A stretch of 64,000 bases of DNA from a virus, in IMG/VR virus record IMGVR_UViG_3300045256_000829, positions 3,503-67,502 of that record, one strand, 5' to 3'. A model generated the notes under the pieces. It ran no database searches. It saw only the letters and a program-made list of their open reading frames with translations, and was not told the DNA's origin. The position numbers were made by a program, and so were the translations under genes. Below are positions 8,747 to 18,220 of this stretch, piece after piece; position 1 is the first letter of the stretch; each line of letters begins with the position of its first letter.

Positions 8747-9484
8747 TTATGGCAGGAAGGGATAGGCGCGTCCCTTTCCCGCGTTATATAGCCAGTCCTG
8801 TTCGGGTCGCGTCAGCGTGCGCCCCTTCCAGTAGTTGACATGCTGGATGCGGCCGTTGAACGGGCCATCCGTGAGGTGAACGGCGCCAATTTGAAAAGGG
8901 CTTGTAGAATCCGAAAAAATCCCATTGAACGGGGTCGTAGCGGGAGACGGATTGTTGTTTACTGAAATGCCGAGATTCGCGCCGTCCGCAAAGGCGTAGA
9001 CGAAATACCAAACTCCTGTTGAGCCCGGCCCACCTGTTGACTGACCGCCTCCCGTATACCCGAAAGTCGGATTCGTGGCCTCTATCCAAAATTCCAAATT
9101 CGTCGAGGGAACAAAGGCGAAGACACTGAATTCCCAATTGGGCGACGCGCTCCCATCGTTCTTGGCTGCAATCGCCACAATGGGCGCAGGAAGGGTGTCG
9201 AAGTTGACCCACGCAGTTAGGGCGAATTTATCCGCCGTTGGACCGAGCGAAAGAAGCGGATTATCCGGCGCAGAAAGATATTTAACGCTGGCCGATACGA
9301 ATTGGCCTGCCTTTCCGAGCAAGCCATCTCCTTGGCCGACAGAGTTGACATCGTCGAGGTGATTATTGCCTCTCGCGTCAAACCTGCGGCCGGAGGCCTC
9401 GCCAAGCGGCCACGCCGCAACCAAACCATCGACTAACGAGTGGCGGGGATGAACCCGAAGGATTTGAGCAGCTCGATGCGGCAT
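8747..9484 (-). CDS. LamG/concanavalin A-like lectin domain protein
   Basis: GLVAAWPLGE, FALTAWVN, WYFV, FQIG...FNGRIQHV...LYNAG. Confidence 0.8.
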   Translation of the reverse strand: MPHRAAQILRVHPRHSLVDGLVAAWPLGEASGRRFDARGNNHLDDVNSVGQGDGLLGKAGQFVSASVKYLSAPDNPLLSLGPTADKFALTAWVNFDTLPAPIVAIAAKNDGSASPNWEFSVFAFVPSTNLEFWIEATNPTFGYTGGGQSTGGPGSTGVWYFVYAFADGANLGISVNNNPSPATTPFNGIFSDSTSPFQIGAVHLTDGPFNGRIQHVNYWKGRTLTRPEQDWLYNAGKGRAYPFLP

Positions 9485-10176
9485 CAGTCTTGAGAGATTT
9501 GCAAACGTACAACAAGTTTTTCAGCGCTGATCGGCGTATACGCGTTCCTAACGACAAGCAAGCCAAAGATAGAGGTCGTCGCGCCGCCGCATTTGAACGG
9601 GATAGACAAACCCGGCGCCGGAAAAACAACCTTACCTGAGGACCCTGAACCGGCGTTCGCCACGAACGCGGTATTGAAAGGGATCACTCCTATCAGCGTT
9701 TCGCATTCGGCGTTACTGCGGGCAAAGGCGGCGTTGTCGTTATCAGGAGTGACAGAGGTATCAAACAACCAAAGCTCGAACTGGCCTTTTGTTGTCTGGT
9801 TGGCTTCGTCGATCAGAACGGCGGATAGAATCACGCCCGACGCGCCATTGACGCGCCCCGCGCCGCTGAAGGTCATTTGCGAGGGGGATGACGTTGAATT
9901 CGTAACGGCGTCACCCGCGGCGTAGGCGTTGGTATCAGCCGGACGCGTAAAGCTGGCGCTAATCACGACGGTGCGGCCTCCCACTTCGCCAAGGTGATTT
10001 TCGCCAGCTTGAATTCTGGTAACGTCAACGTCGAGTCCGTTGGTCGCGTCGCCAGGGATCCCCGCCGAACTGTCCAGCGTGCCATCGACCAACTTTACGC
10101 GCTGATACTGAACGCCGCCGACATCGTCGGATGCGACAACGGACCCAGTCGCCGGTAAGGTTACATTGTCAGCCAT
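9484..10176 (-). CDS. Probable virion structural protein
   Basis: MADNVTLPATG...YQRVKL N-terminus; G/S/T/A-rich beta protein in structural cluster. Confidence 0.6.
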   Translation of the reverse strand: MADNVTLPATGSVVASDDVGGVQYQRVKLVDGTLDSSAGIPGDATNGLDVDVTRIQAGENHLGEVGGRTVVISASFTRPADTNAYAAGDAVTNSTSSPSQMTFSGAGRVNGASGVILSAVLIDEANQTTKGQFELWLFDTSVTPDNDNAAFARSNAECETLIGVIPFNTAFVANAGSGSSGKVVFPAPGLSIPFKCGGATTSIFGLLVVRNAYTPISAEKLVVRLQISQD

Positions 10177-10179
10177 AAA

Positions 10180-10404
10180 CTAGCTTTCCGGGGATTCGAT
10201 TCCTTCGGCCTGAATCGTTTGATAGAGCGCGTGTTTTTGATCAGCTGTCAGATTGGCGGCGATCCGCTCCGCTTCGGCGGCCGCCAGCAACTTGTTTTCA
10301 GCTTCAGCGAGCGCCTTTTTCTGTTCGCGCAGTTTTGCGATTTGCGTATCGATCTTGTTTTTCTGCGCCTGTATATCGTCAAGGGTTACTCTTCTATTGC
10401 CCAT
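10180..10404 (-). CDS. Small coiled-coil protein
   Basis: GAGG RBS, heptad pattern. Confidence 0.6.
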   Translation of the reverse strand: MGNRRVTLDDIQAQKNKIDTQIAKLREQKKALAEAENKLLAAAEAERIAANLTADQKHALYQTIQAEGIESPES

Positions 10405-10663
10405 GGCCACCTCTCTTTGTCGCCTGATCAAGAATTACTCCCTGAATCAGTTCTTTTGGGAAACCTTGTTTTTCAAGCAAGGCGCCATCAGCAATCATTC
10501 GATTCTGCTTGGCGAAAGCTTCAGCCTGCCTCGCCGCGGCCGCTATCGCTTGCGCGATTTCGAGAGCCGCGCCATAAGGGACGCGGCTCTCAGCGTTCTT
10601 GAACCGGATAATTACGTGATCGCTATCCTGCCTGATTCGACACTCATCCATCATTTTCTCCAT
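10394..10663 (-). CDS. Hypothetical protein
   Basis: Tightly packed in operon. Confidence 0.55.
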   Translation of the reverse strand: MEKMMDECRIRQDSDHVIIRFKNAESRVPYGAALEIAQAIAAAARQAEAFAKQNRMIADGALLEKQGFPKELIQGVILDQATKRGGHGQ

Positions 10664-10683
10664 GCGCCCCGATGGAGACGCGG

Positions 10684-11121
10684 TTATAAGCGGAAAATTT
10701 TACTGCTCCCGTTATCCCATGAGACCGTGATGTCCCCGCCATTCGGCGTCACGGGTAAGCCGGTCGCTGTGTCAATGTAGGCGATTAACAGATCGGTCGT
10801 TCCCGAAGTCGAAGTTCCGCCGCCGCCGCCGTCTTTCCAGATAATCAAGGCTTCAACCGATGCGCCGGAAACCGCACTGAAAGTCACATCAGCGGCGTCA
10901 GCAACGCCGGCCGTGACGGTTTTCGACCCCAGCGTTTGCGGTGAACCTACCTTGGCCGCGGCCGCAACCGTATTGGTATTCATGTACTGATGAGTGGAAA
11001 GGTTGACTGTGTAGTTGCCCGTGTCTATCAAAGTCACCTTGATGGTATCGGTGTCCCAATCGAGGGCTGGCGACTGCCCTAAAAAACTTTCCCGCGCTTT
11101 ATCATAGAGAGCGTTTGCCAC
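10684..11121 (-). CDS. Small virion structural protein (possible fibre/filament subunit)
   Basis: MANALYDK...DTIKVTLID...ADVTF...LIAYID...LPVTPNGGDITVSW, a pattern typical of phage virion proteins. Confidence 0.65.
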   Translation of the reverse strand: MANALYDKARESFLGQSPALDWDTDTIKVTLIDTGNYTVNLSTHQYMNTNTVAAAAKVGSPQTLGSKTVTAGVADAADVTFSAVSGASVEALIIWKDGGGGGTSTSGTTDLLIAYIDTATGLPVTPNGGDITVSWDNGSSKIFRL

Positions 11122-11160
11122 AATAGTCCGATCTGCGCCCGCAGATTGTTTTCGTGACTG

Positions 11161-12126
11161 TTACCGCTTGAGCGGTACGACGGCGATGTCGATGAAGGTT
11201 TGAATCTCGGGAAGACTGACTGTTTGCGCGACGATATTTTGTGTCTGCCCGAGAGGTAAATTCGCCGGCAGTTGGGAGAGGTCGATCGTGTGGAATGCGG
11301 CGCCATTCACGCCGATGAGGAAATTATTCCGCGCCGCGTCGGTGTAAATGTCGAAGTCCGCGAACGGGGAGACATTGATCGGATTCCCGTGCTGATCAAC
11401 CAGATTGCCGATCGTCTGTAACTGACCACCGCCCGTATTGCTCGATCCTGTCGCGCTGACAGACGCGATTGTGACGAAGGTGTCGAGGTCATAATCGACC
11501 CCGTAAAAGAGGGTATTGGGCGCACCGGCGTAATTGTTCGTGTAAGCGCCGCCGCAAACGTTCGGGAACCTGCCCGCATTCACGTCGCCCGGCGCGTAGC
11601 TGAGCGAGGTTTGCACGACAGCTGTATTTGGTTCACCGCCCGGCTGCGCGCTCACAATCGCGTAGTTGTCGCCGTTTGAGCCAATGAGGCGGATGGCGTC
11701 TACCACAGGGTTAAAGTCCATCAGCGATTGAAAGCCTCCGGCGAACCGCGGCTGAAGCCCATAAACCTGATTGGCGAAGAAAGCGAATCCGAGCAAGCCG
11801 GGCGTTAGCTTGTAAAGCCTGCCCGTATCGGAGAGCGCGTAGAGCGCACCATTCGCCGGCCGATAATCAATGCCGATCAAGTTTCCGTTGACGCCTGCGG
11901 GTTTGCCGATGCCGAAGAAGCGGCCGAACTCAGCGCGATAGAGGAACATGTTGCCGCTGTCGTCGAGCGCATAGATGGCGACGCCTGCGGGGATCTTCAG
12001 GCGCGCATTTTGAGCGGTCACGCGAGCCGGGAAGAGTTCAGATGCGACCATTGCCAGACACGCGAATCCGACAAGAAGTTTGGCGATATAAATCCCAATT
12101 TTTTGAGCGAATATCTTAAACCGCAT
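11161..12126 (-). CDS. Secreted DUF4394-family protein
   Basis: Signal peptide; GIDYRPANGALY, DFNPVVDAIR, AYTNN...YGVD. Confidence 0.8.
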   Translation of the reverse strand: MRFKIFAQKIGIYIAKLLVGFACLAMVASELFPARVTAQNARLKIPAGVAIYALDDSGNMFLYRAEFGRFFGIGKPAGVNGNLIGIDYRPANGALYALSDTGRLYKLTPGLLGFAFFANQVYGLQPRFAGGFQSLMDFNPVVDAIRLIGSNGDNYAIVSAQPGGEPNTAVVQTSLSYAPGDVNAGRFPNVCGGAYTNNYAGAPNTLFYGVDYDLDTFVTIASVSATGSSNTGGGQLQTIGNLVDQHGNPINVSPFADFDIYTDAARNNFLIGVNGAAFHTIDLSQLPANLPLGQTQNIVAQTVSLPEIQTFIDIAVVPLKR

Positions 12127-12165
12127 AATTTCCTTCCGTTCAAATTTTAGACAGGGATTCGGCCG

Positions 12166-12534
12166 TCAATTCGGGCGATCAACCTCTTTCCTGCGCTCGA
12201 AGATCCATCGGGATAAAAACAGCAAAACCTGAATAATGACTGTGCCGACGATCCAGCCGCCGAAGCTGCGAATCATTTCGATGTTGGCCTTCATCGCACT
12301 AACCTCGTTTTGCAATACGCGTAAGTCGGCGCGCAGCTCGCCGTACTTCTTTTCGGCTTCGACTTGCCCGGAGGTTTGCTGTTGCTGAAGTTGCTCGATC
12401 TTGTCGAGGACTGAGAGTCGAGCGGTTTGAGCGATGACGGCCCCGATCACGCACAGGGATGCGATCAGGTACGCCACCGCCAGCACTATGCCGATGTAGA
12501 ATCGTCGGTTCATTGGTTTACTTATCGCTACCAC
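12166..12534 (-). CDS. Holin/XhlA-like membrane protein
   Basis: N-terminal TM, coiled coil, C-terminal TM, basic tail. Confidence 0.5.
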   Translation of the reverse strand: MVAISKPMNRRFYIGIVLAVAYLIASLCVIGAVIAQTARLSVLDKIEQLQQQQTSGQVEAEKKYGELRADLRVLQNEVSAMKANIEMIRSFGGWIVGTVIIQVLLFLSRWIFERRKEVDRPN

Positions 12535-13072
12535 CCAAACGGAATTTGAACCCGACTTGATTAAGTCGCAGGTCAGGAACAGGACAGGAAGGCTGAGCCG
12601 TGTATTTCAAGCGCGTGTATTGATAGAACGGGCCGAATCCGAACCGGGCATACCTGACCAGGTCGTGATAAGCGCCAGCCTGAACGAAATTTTGCTGCCC
12701 GTAATCGGCCCAGGTATCGAGGTATTTTCCGACGTTGACCTTGACCCGGCCGAAGCCGCCAACCTCGTTACCGAACTTGAAGGCGCCGCCGCCGCCGTGA
12801 ATCTCGACGAAATCCTTATAGGTGTAAACGCGCCAGGTGGCGAACGCCTGCCCGCGCGTGAGCTGGCGGGGATTCTGCTTCGATGGATCGCCGAACACTG
12901 TGAGACCAAGTGTGACCGGCTTGATTTTTACTGAGGCGCCGATGCCGGCGAGATATTGAGTAGTGTTGGACGCGTTATCGGGAATCGCGCCAACCATAAA
13001 ATCGACCTGGCCTTGAGCGAAAGCGAAAATAGGGAAAAGAAGCGCGAAGGCGAGAGCGAGAACGGGTTTCAT
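12518..13072 (-). CDS. Predicted small outer-membrane beta-barrel protein
   Basis: Signal peptide ending AFA; amphipathic G/aromatic strands; terminal VGFKFRL. Confidence 0.6.
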   Translation of the reverse strand: MKPVLALAFALLFPIFAFAQGQVDFMVGAIPDNASNTTQYLAGIGASVKIKPVTLGLTVFGDPSKQNPRQLTRGQAFATWRVYTYKDFVEIHGGGGAFKFGNEVGGFGRVKVNVGKYLDTWADYGQQNFVQAGAYHDLVRYARFGFGPFYQYTRLKYTAQPSCPVPDLRLNQVGFKFRLGGSDK

Positions 13073-13225
13073 ATTGTCTCCTTGGGAATAAAAAAGCGGC
13101 GCCATTGTTGCGCCGCATTTACATTTTTTGGGGGTGGCAATCACCCGCTGTCTAAAGATGCTCCCAATAGCTAACCCGGATAACGTCCACCCCCAAACTG
13201 ACGATTAGCAAACAGGAGACAAATC

Positions 13226-13915
13226 CTATCTTACCGCTTGATTTTGATCAAGTGATTCACTTGAATTATCAAGTATCTCGCCGAGAGGAATATCATCCCC
13301 GGCTTTATCGGCGAATTCGATTAGCGCCTGCGCTTGCGCTTCGAGTTCGGACGTGTCGTATTTCAGGGCTTTGGCCATATCCTGAGCAATATACAGCTTT
13401 GGCCGACTTACCTCCTTAACGAAGCCGAGAAACAAATGAGGCGCGGCTTTTTCGAATCGGGCCACATCGATCGAAATGAATTGGGTAAGCCCATGACGCA
13501 CAAGATATTCAAGCGCAAGGTTTGGATCATACTCCAGCGACTTTTGCGCCTTAACCTCAGCGCAAGGCGTCAGACGCGCCGCGTTGTCGCCGTTCTCGAA
13601 TCGGAGTCTGCGAAGCAAAAGGCAGGAATTTTCATAACGCTCGCGCGCCTGCGAGCATTCATTGTTGAGAGCGCCCATTTGCTTGCGCAATCCGGCATTT
13701 TCGCGACTAGCCTCATCCACCACGGCTTCAATGCGCGCCTTGTAGGTCGTTAGCACGCGATCGTAAAGGAATCGCGTGCGGAGATACGCCATCTCCTGTT
13801 CCCGAACAATCTCAGTCGCCTCATCGATGAGTTCCTTCATCTCTTGCGGCGACTTAAACAAGTCTTCGGTCAAAACCTCCGCTTTCGTTTCGAGTGTTTT
13901 TTCTTCAACTGCCAT
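13226..13915 (-). CDS. Coiled-coil protein, possibly Mu Gam-like
   Basis: Long coiled coil then YDPNLALEYL...IDVARFEK...FVKEV. Confidence 0.5.
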   Translation of the reverse strand: MAVEEKTLETKAEVLTEDLFKSPQEMKELIDEATEIVREQEMAYLRTRFLYDRVLTTYKARIEAVVDEASRENAGLRKQMGALNNECSQARERYENSCLLLRRLRFENGDNAARLTPCAEVKAQKSLEYDPNLALEYLVRHGLTQFISIDVARFEKAAPHLFLGFVKEVSRPKLYIAQDMAKALKYDTSELEAQAQALIEFADKAGDDIPLGEILDNSSESLDQNQAVR

Positions 13916-14325
13916 AACTGCTTTCCTTTCCAGTTGTGGCCGCGCTTGCTTTTGCGCCCGCGACCGGTTTCGAGTATTTCGATGCCCCATACGGCAAGCA
14001 TCAATTTCTTCGTCAGGATGAATTCACGGGTTCGACAACCCTTCCAGTCTTCGACTACCTCCTTTCCAGTTCTGCGATCAAAATATACAAAGTCGGCGTG
14101 ATAGGTTTTGACTAGGTAGCCGTCAAACTCGATACGGTAGGGGACTTGCCGGCGCAAATCTGAAATCTCGCCGGCGAGTTCGAGGACGAGTAATTCATCG
14201 TTACGATCGGCTTCGCCAGTTGACCTGAACCAAATTCCGTTACGACGAACCGGCTTATTGCGGTACTTGTTCGTCTTCTCGCTTGCCTGAAGTTCTCTCA
14301 ATTCTGCAACGGTGATGCGTTCCAT
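13870..14325 (-). CDS. DUF1064 PD-(D/E)XK nuclease (resolvase-like)
   Basis: NKYRNK, FRSTGEA, LRRQVPY, YHADFVY, VVEDWKG. Confidence 0.85.
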   Translation of the reverse strand: MERITVAELRELQASEKTNKYRNKPVRRNGIWFRSTGEADRNDELLVLELAGEISDLRRQVPYRIEFDGYLVKTYHADFVYFDRRTGKEVVEDWKGCRTREFILTKKLMLAVWGIEILETGRGRKSKRGHNWKGKQLWQLKKKHSKRKRRF

Positions 14326-14423
14326 ATTTCAGAAATTCAGAACAGTTTTGATTGCTCACCCTTCGCGCTGCTACAAAGCCCGCATATGTTCGGATCCAAA
14401 GCGGCCGCGCCCGACTACATGGT

Positions 14424-16145
14424 TTACCCTTGCGGGCAACCTGATCGCAGGGTTTTGTTTGGCCGCGAATAAACCTGATTAACCGAAGGGGTTGTTCCGC
14501 GAATCTTCCCCTTTTTACGATTGGCGCTCGCACCGAGAATCGCCGTCACCAACGCTTTCGCCAACTGAACCGGGACGGCGTTCCCGATTTGTTTGACTTG
14601 TTGCTCGCGGTTGCCGAGAAAGACGTATGAACGGGGAAACGACATTGCCGCCGCGAGTTCGCGCGGCAACAACATTCGATAAAGAATATCGAGAAGAAAA
14701 TATCCATTGCCCTCTTTAAAATTCGGAACAGCAAGCGCGAATCTATCTTTCGATGTTACGGTGTCCAACGGTTCATCAATACTGATGGCGTTCGCCGTTC
14801 CGTTGTATTTAACGAGATAAGGAGTAACGAGACTCAGATATTCGCGCGCGAGTATTGTATTGAGAGGTTCACTTACGCCCCGCGCCTTAATTTCGGGGCC
14901 TCCACTGTTGATGATAAAGGGTTCGATTAGTCCCCAAGCGTCAACGCTGGTCACTGTAGGGAAAGGCGAGTCCAGCTTGTATGGGGGTCTGTCATCTTTT
15001 CCGTGATTAGCTGCAATCACGAACGGTTCGACCAACCCAAAGCGATTACTCGTGTCTAAAGTTGAGAGCGGTTTATCAACGCTAAAGCTTCGACCGTCTC
15101 CGTCTTTACGGTTTGCATGACTACCGTTATAACGAACTATAAACGGCTCGCAGAGCATGTGATGCGTCCCTTGGGCGCAAATCGTGCTCGGGGGTTGGTC
15201 AACAGATTGCGGAATGTTGTTATTCCTGAGTGTGACAACATAGGGCTCGCAAAGGCCGATACCCCTGCTGGTTGTCGTAATTGTCTGCAACGGATTCTCG
15301 ACCGAACGCGGCACGCCGCCAGAAAGTTGCGGAACGATGAATGGCAAACCTGAACACTTTTGCAAGCCGATGAAGATTTTCCGGAGCGTGTTCGGAGAGA
15401 GCGGTTTCTTGCGATTAAATATGCTCTCGCCTTTGATCGACCAGTCGATAATTTCGCGCGTGGTCCGGTAAGGCTGCATTTGTGCACTGGGGAACAAAGA
15501 AGAGTTTTCGGATTTTTCGAGCGCCGCGCAATGTGTGGGAGTTGGCCAAACGATTGGTTTACCGTCGCGCCGCGCCTGAATGAATAGACGTTCACGCGAA
15601 GTCGGATCGCCGTAATCAGTCGCGCGCAGTTTCTTCCAGCTCACTTTATAGCCAAGGCTTTCAAGATTATTGACCCACGATATAAATGTCTCGCCTTTCT
15701 GCTTCGGATCGGGAACCCATTCGAGTTTTCCCTTGATCCGCTTCCGAATCAGCGGACCCCAGGTAAGAAAGGCGGGAACGTTCTCGACGAGGATCGCTTT
15801 TGGCAAGACAGCTTCCGCCCAACGAATTGCACACCAGGCCGTTGCCCGACTTTGATCATTAACCGGGCGGCCGCCTCGGGCGTTCGAAAAATGCGTACAT
15901 TCCGGTGAGGCTACAAGGAGGTCGAGCTTGCCGATTTCGACCAATTCGCGCGGGTTGATCAATTCGATATTCGCGCAAAGGTGTTTAGCGTCCGGGTGAT
16001 TTGCCGAATGAGTTTCGATCGCCTTATCCCAATGGTTGATGGCTATCAGATTGAGCTTATAACCGAGACTCTCGCACGCCTCAGCCGCGCCCGTGGACGT
16101 TCCCCCAGCCCCACAAAATAAGTCTACGAGGTTAAACGTTTTCAT
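14424..16145 (-). CDS. DNA (cytosine-5)-methyltransferase
   Basis: DLFCGAGG (I), SPEC (IV), ENV (VI), RER (VIII), QIGNAVP (X). Confidence 0.93.
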   Translation of the reverse strand: MKTFNLVDLFCGAGGTSTGAAEACESLGYKLNLIAINHWDKAIETHSANHPDAKHLCANIELINPRELVEIGKLDLLVASPECTHFSNARGGRPVNDQSRATAWCAIRWAEAVLPKAILVENVPAFLTWGPLIRKRIKGKLEWVPDPKQKGETFISWVNNLESLGYKVSWKKLRATDYGDPTSRERLFIQARRDGKPIVWPTPTHCAALEKSENSSLFPSAQMQPYRTTREIIDWSIKGESIFNRKKPLSPNTLRKIFIGLQKCSGLPFIVPQLSGGVPRSVENPLQTITTTSRGIGLCEPYVVTLRNNNIPQSVDQPPSTICAQGTHHMLCEPFIVRYNGSHANRKDGDGRSFSVDKPLSTLDTSNRFGLVEPFVIAANHGKDDRPPYKLDSPFPTVTSVDAWGLIEPFIINSGGPEIKARGVSEPLNTILAREYLSLVTPYLVKYNGTANAISIDEPLDTVTSKDRFALAVPNFKEGNGYFLLDILYRMLLPRELAAAMSFPRSYVFLGNREQQVKQIGNAVPVQLAKALVTAILGASANRKKGKIRGTTPSVNQVYSRPNKTLRSGCPQG

Positions 16146-16163
16146 CTTGTTCAATCGCCTCTA

Positions 16164-16604
16164 TCAATCGTCGCAAGATTTCATTTCGTCGGCGCGCTTA
16201 CTTCCAACGTAGTCACGCCAGTTCACCCATGCGTTATTTACCCAAAAACCCCAGGATCGAACCGATTTGAAAACAATCGCCAACGTCCAACAGGGTTCGT
16301 CGTTAATCAGTTCGATCCTATGAACATGAGTTGCCGAAAAGGTTCGAATCCAAGGGGCGAGGAATACACGGCTGCCATTGGGTGTGCATTCGATGTACTG
16401 TCCCCAAAGGCCGATAGTTACGAATCGCTTTGGATGATCATGCATATCTTTTGACCAATCCTCGGCGACGAATTTATGCAGGTAAACCTTGAACTGGGGA
16501 AGCGCGAGCAACGTCCATCGGTAGAGATAAGCAGGACAACGGCCGTCGCCGTTAATATCTTCACGTCGAAAAATCCGATCAAGTAATTTTTTCAATCTAT
16601 TCAT
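16164..16604 (-). CDS. Cupin-like metal-binding protein
   Basis: YLH...HDHP...YIE...HRIEL...WTL...WGFW. Confidence 0.65.
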   Translation of the reverse strand: MNRLKKLLDRIFRREDINGDGRCPAYLYRWTLLALPQFKVYLHKFVAEDWSKDMHDHPKRFVTIGLWGQYIECTPNGSRVFLAPWIRTFSATHVHRIELINDEPCWTLAIVFKSVRSWGFWVNNAWVNWRDYVGSKRADEMKSCDD

Positions 16605-16624
16605 TGCACACCTTTCGCGCTCCG

Positions 16625-16876
16625 TCATATCACCCCCTTTTCTTTCAGGTGATTGATCAACGTTTCAATCGTGAAAGTATTTGCCAGGTTGGCGCATGGC
16701 GAGGTTCCGAGGATGAAGCGCACGCCGGGAACATTTGCGTCTTTAAGCGCTCGGGACACGTCAAACATTGACCCTTGCACGTTGTAATAACCGTGGTCAG
16801 CAACCACCTGCACGACCTCAACCTCAATATCTTCACGTCGAAAAATCCGGTCAGGAAATCCCTTCAATCTGTTCAT
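16625..16876 (-). CDS. Hypothetical protein sharing its N-terminus with the cupin gene
   Basis: MNRLKGFPDRIFRREDI vs MNRLKKLLDRIFRREDI. Confidence 0.6.
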   Translation of the reverse strand: MNRLKGFPDRIFRREDIEVEVVQVVADHGYYNVQGSMFDVSRALKDANVPGVRFILGTSPCANLANTFTIETLINHLKEKGVI

Positions 16877-17262
16877 TGCGATTCCCCCTTCTTTTCGAAA
16901 TCGCGCGGAACGAACAAACGAGAGTTGAATTGCTTGTCTCCCGTTTCTTTGAAGGAAACGTATGCCCCGTGTTGCCACCGCTTCACCTTGGCAATCGTGT
17001 AAATCGCATCACGCGTTAGATGGCGATCGGCATATATGGCGTCCGCCTGCGCTCTTTCTGGCGCCGCATATTTGACTTGAACGCCTCGACTGAGCGGCGC
17101 AACACAGATGCGGCAACCCGGCAGATCGATGACCTTATCGGTATGTACGTGGTATTCATCCTTCCAGCGATTACCGCAAAAAGAGCAAACGAAATCCACG
17201 ATATGCCTTTCATCAGGTAACGCGCTAATTGTCGACTCTTCTTCTCGTTTAGTGTTTTTCAT
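16873..17262 (-). CDS. Hypothetical Zn-ribbon protein
   Basis: CSFC...CRIC; ATGA overlaps. Confidence 0.6.
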   Translation of the reverse strand: MKNTKREEESTISALPDERHIVDFVCSFCGNRWKDEYHVHTDKVIDLPGCRICVAPLSRGVQVKYAAPERAQADAIYADRHLTRDAIYTIAKVKRWQHGAYVSFKETGDKQFNSRLFVPRDFEKKGESQ

Positions 17263-17711
17263 TTCCCGTTCACCGCCTTTTTATTGGCTTCTTCGAGAAA
17301 CTGAGGCAGGACGCAAACGTCGGCGCGATTGCCGTATTGCGTTTCGCGTTGAAGATCCGATACGGCAATCGCCTCGACGGCTTTCAATTCGGAGAATCGC
17401 GCGGAAGCCGAAGCAATCGGGATGCTAAGAAGGCGCGCGGCTTCGTGAGCAATCAACCCGAGAGCGCCGCGATCGAATAACAGATCAAGAATGCGCTGTT
17501 GCTGCCTCGTGAAATGATCCTTGTTTTTCTCGTATGCCGCCTCGCTGCGCGCGTTCCCCTTATGGCGATTTTTTGTAATGTCGCCGCCAGTCTTACCCGG
17601 TTTGCGGCGCTGCTTTTGCTCAGACTGGCGCTCATGCTGAGTGTTTTCTTTGAGCTTCTTTTCGGGTTTCTCTTTCGGTGTAAGATTCGCAAACAATCCG
17701 TCACTTTGCAT
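17259..17711 (-). CDS. Winged-helix protein
   Basis: ILDLL...AHEAARLL...SARFSELK. Confidence 0.65.
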   Translation of the reverse strand: MQSDGLFANLTPKEKPEKKLKENTQHERQSEQKQRRKPGKTGGDITKNRHKGNARSEAAYEKNKDHFTRQQQRILDLLFDRGALGLIAHEAARLLSIPIASASARFSELKAVEAIAVSDLQRETQYGNRADVCVLPQFLEEANKKAVNGK

Positions 17712-17773
17712 TTCTACATCTCCCTTCAATCAAGCGTTTCACTTGTTATATCAAGTTTCCAGTCGAAATAAAA

Positions 17774-18220
17774 TTAGTAGTTGGGTTCCCAAAGAAGTTT
17801 TTGACCTGTCGGATGATTATCAACACGCGGACGCCTTTTCCGATTCCAGGTCCCGCCGCGCGACTCTGCGACTACCCTCCAATTAGCGGCTGAGAGACTG
17901 ACTCCAGATTCCGATTTCAGCGTATAAGTGATGATCCTCTTGTAACCGAGCGCCCTGCCCGCCTTGACTAATGCTCCGTAAAGCTTACTCGCTACATTTT
18001 GCGTATGATCTGTACAGCAACGAGTAATTTCGAGGGTCCAGCCATCATCAAACAACCTCGCGAGAGGTTTGCCAGCCATCGCGACGCCGACTATTTTCTC
18101 CCCGTCATTCACGGCCACCCCAAACACCCATCCACTCGGGGCGCGATGATGACTGTGATTCTTATTGATGAACCGTTGCGCCTCTTTAAACGTGATTGGT
18201 TGTAATTCGAGTTTGGCCAT
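17774..18220 (-). CDS. Mom-like GNAT-fold protein (XF1762-type)
   Basis: PITFKEA...HSHH...GVAMAGKPLAR...LEITRCC...SKLYGA...ITYT...ESGVSL. Confidence 0.8.
   Translation of the reverse strand: MAKLELQPITFKEAQRFINKNHSHHRAPSGWVFGVAVNDGEKIVGVAMAGKPLARLFDDGWTLEITRCCTDHTQNVASKLYGALVKAGRALGYKRIITYTLKSESGVSLSAANWRVVAESRGGTWNRKRRPRVDNHPTGQKLLWEPNY

Noticed and set aside
13237-13252. FNR box TTGAT-N4-ATCAA
   Set aside because: Single copy next to an N2-spaced site; simpler to read as a variant of the phage palindrome
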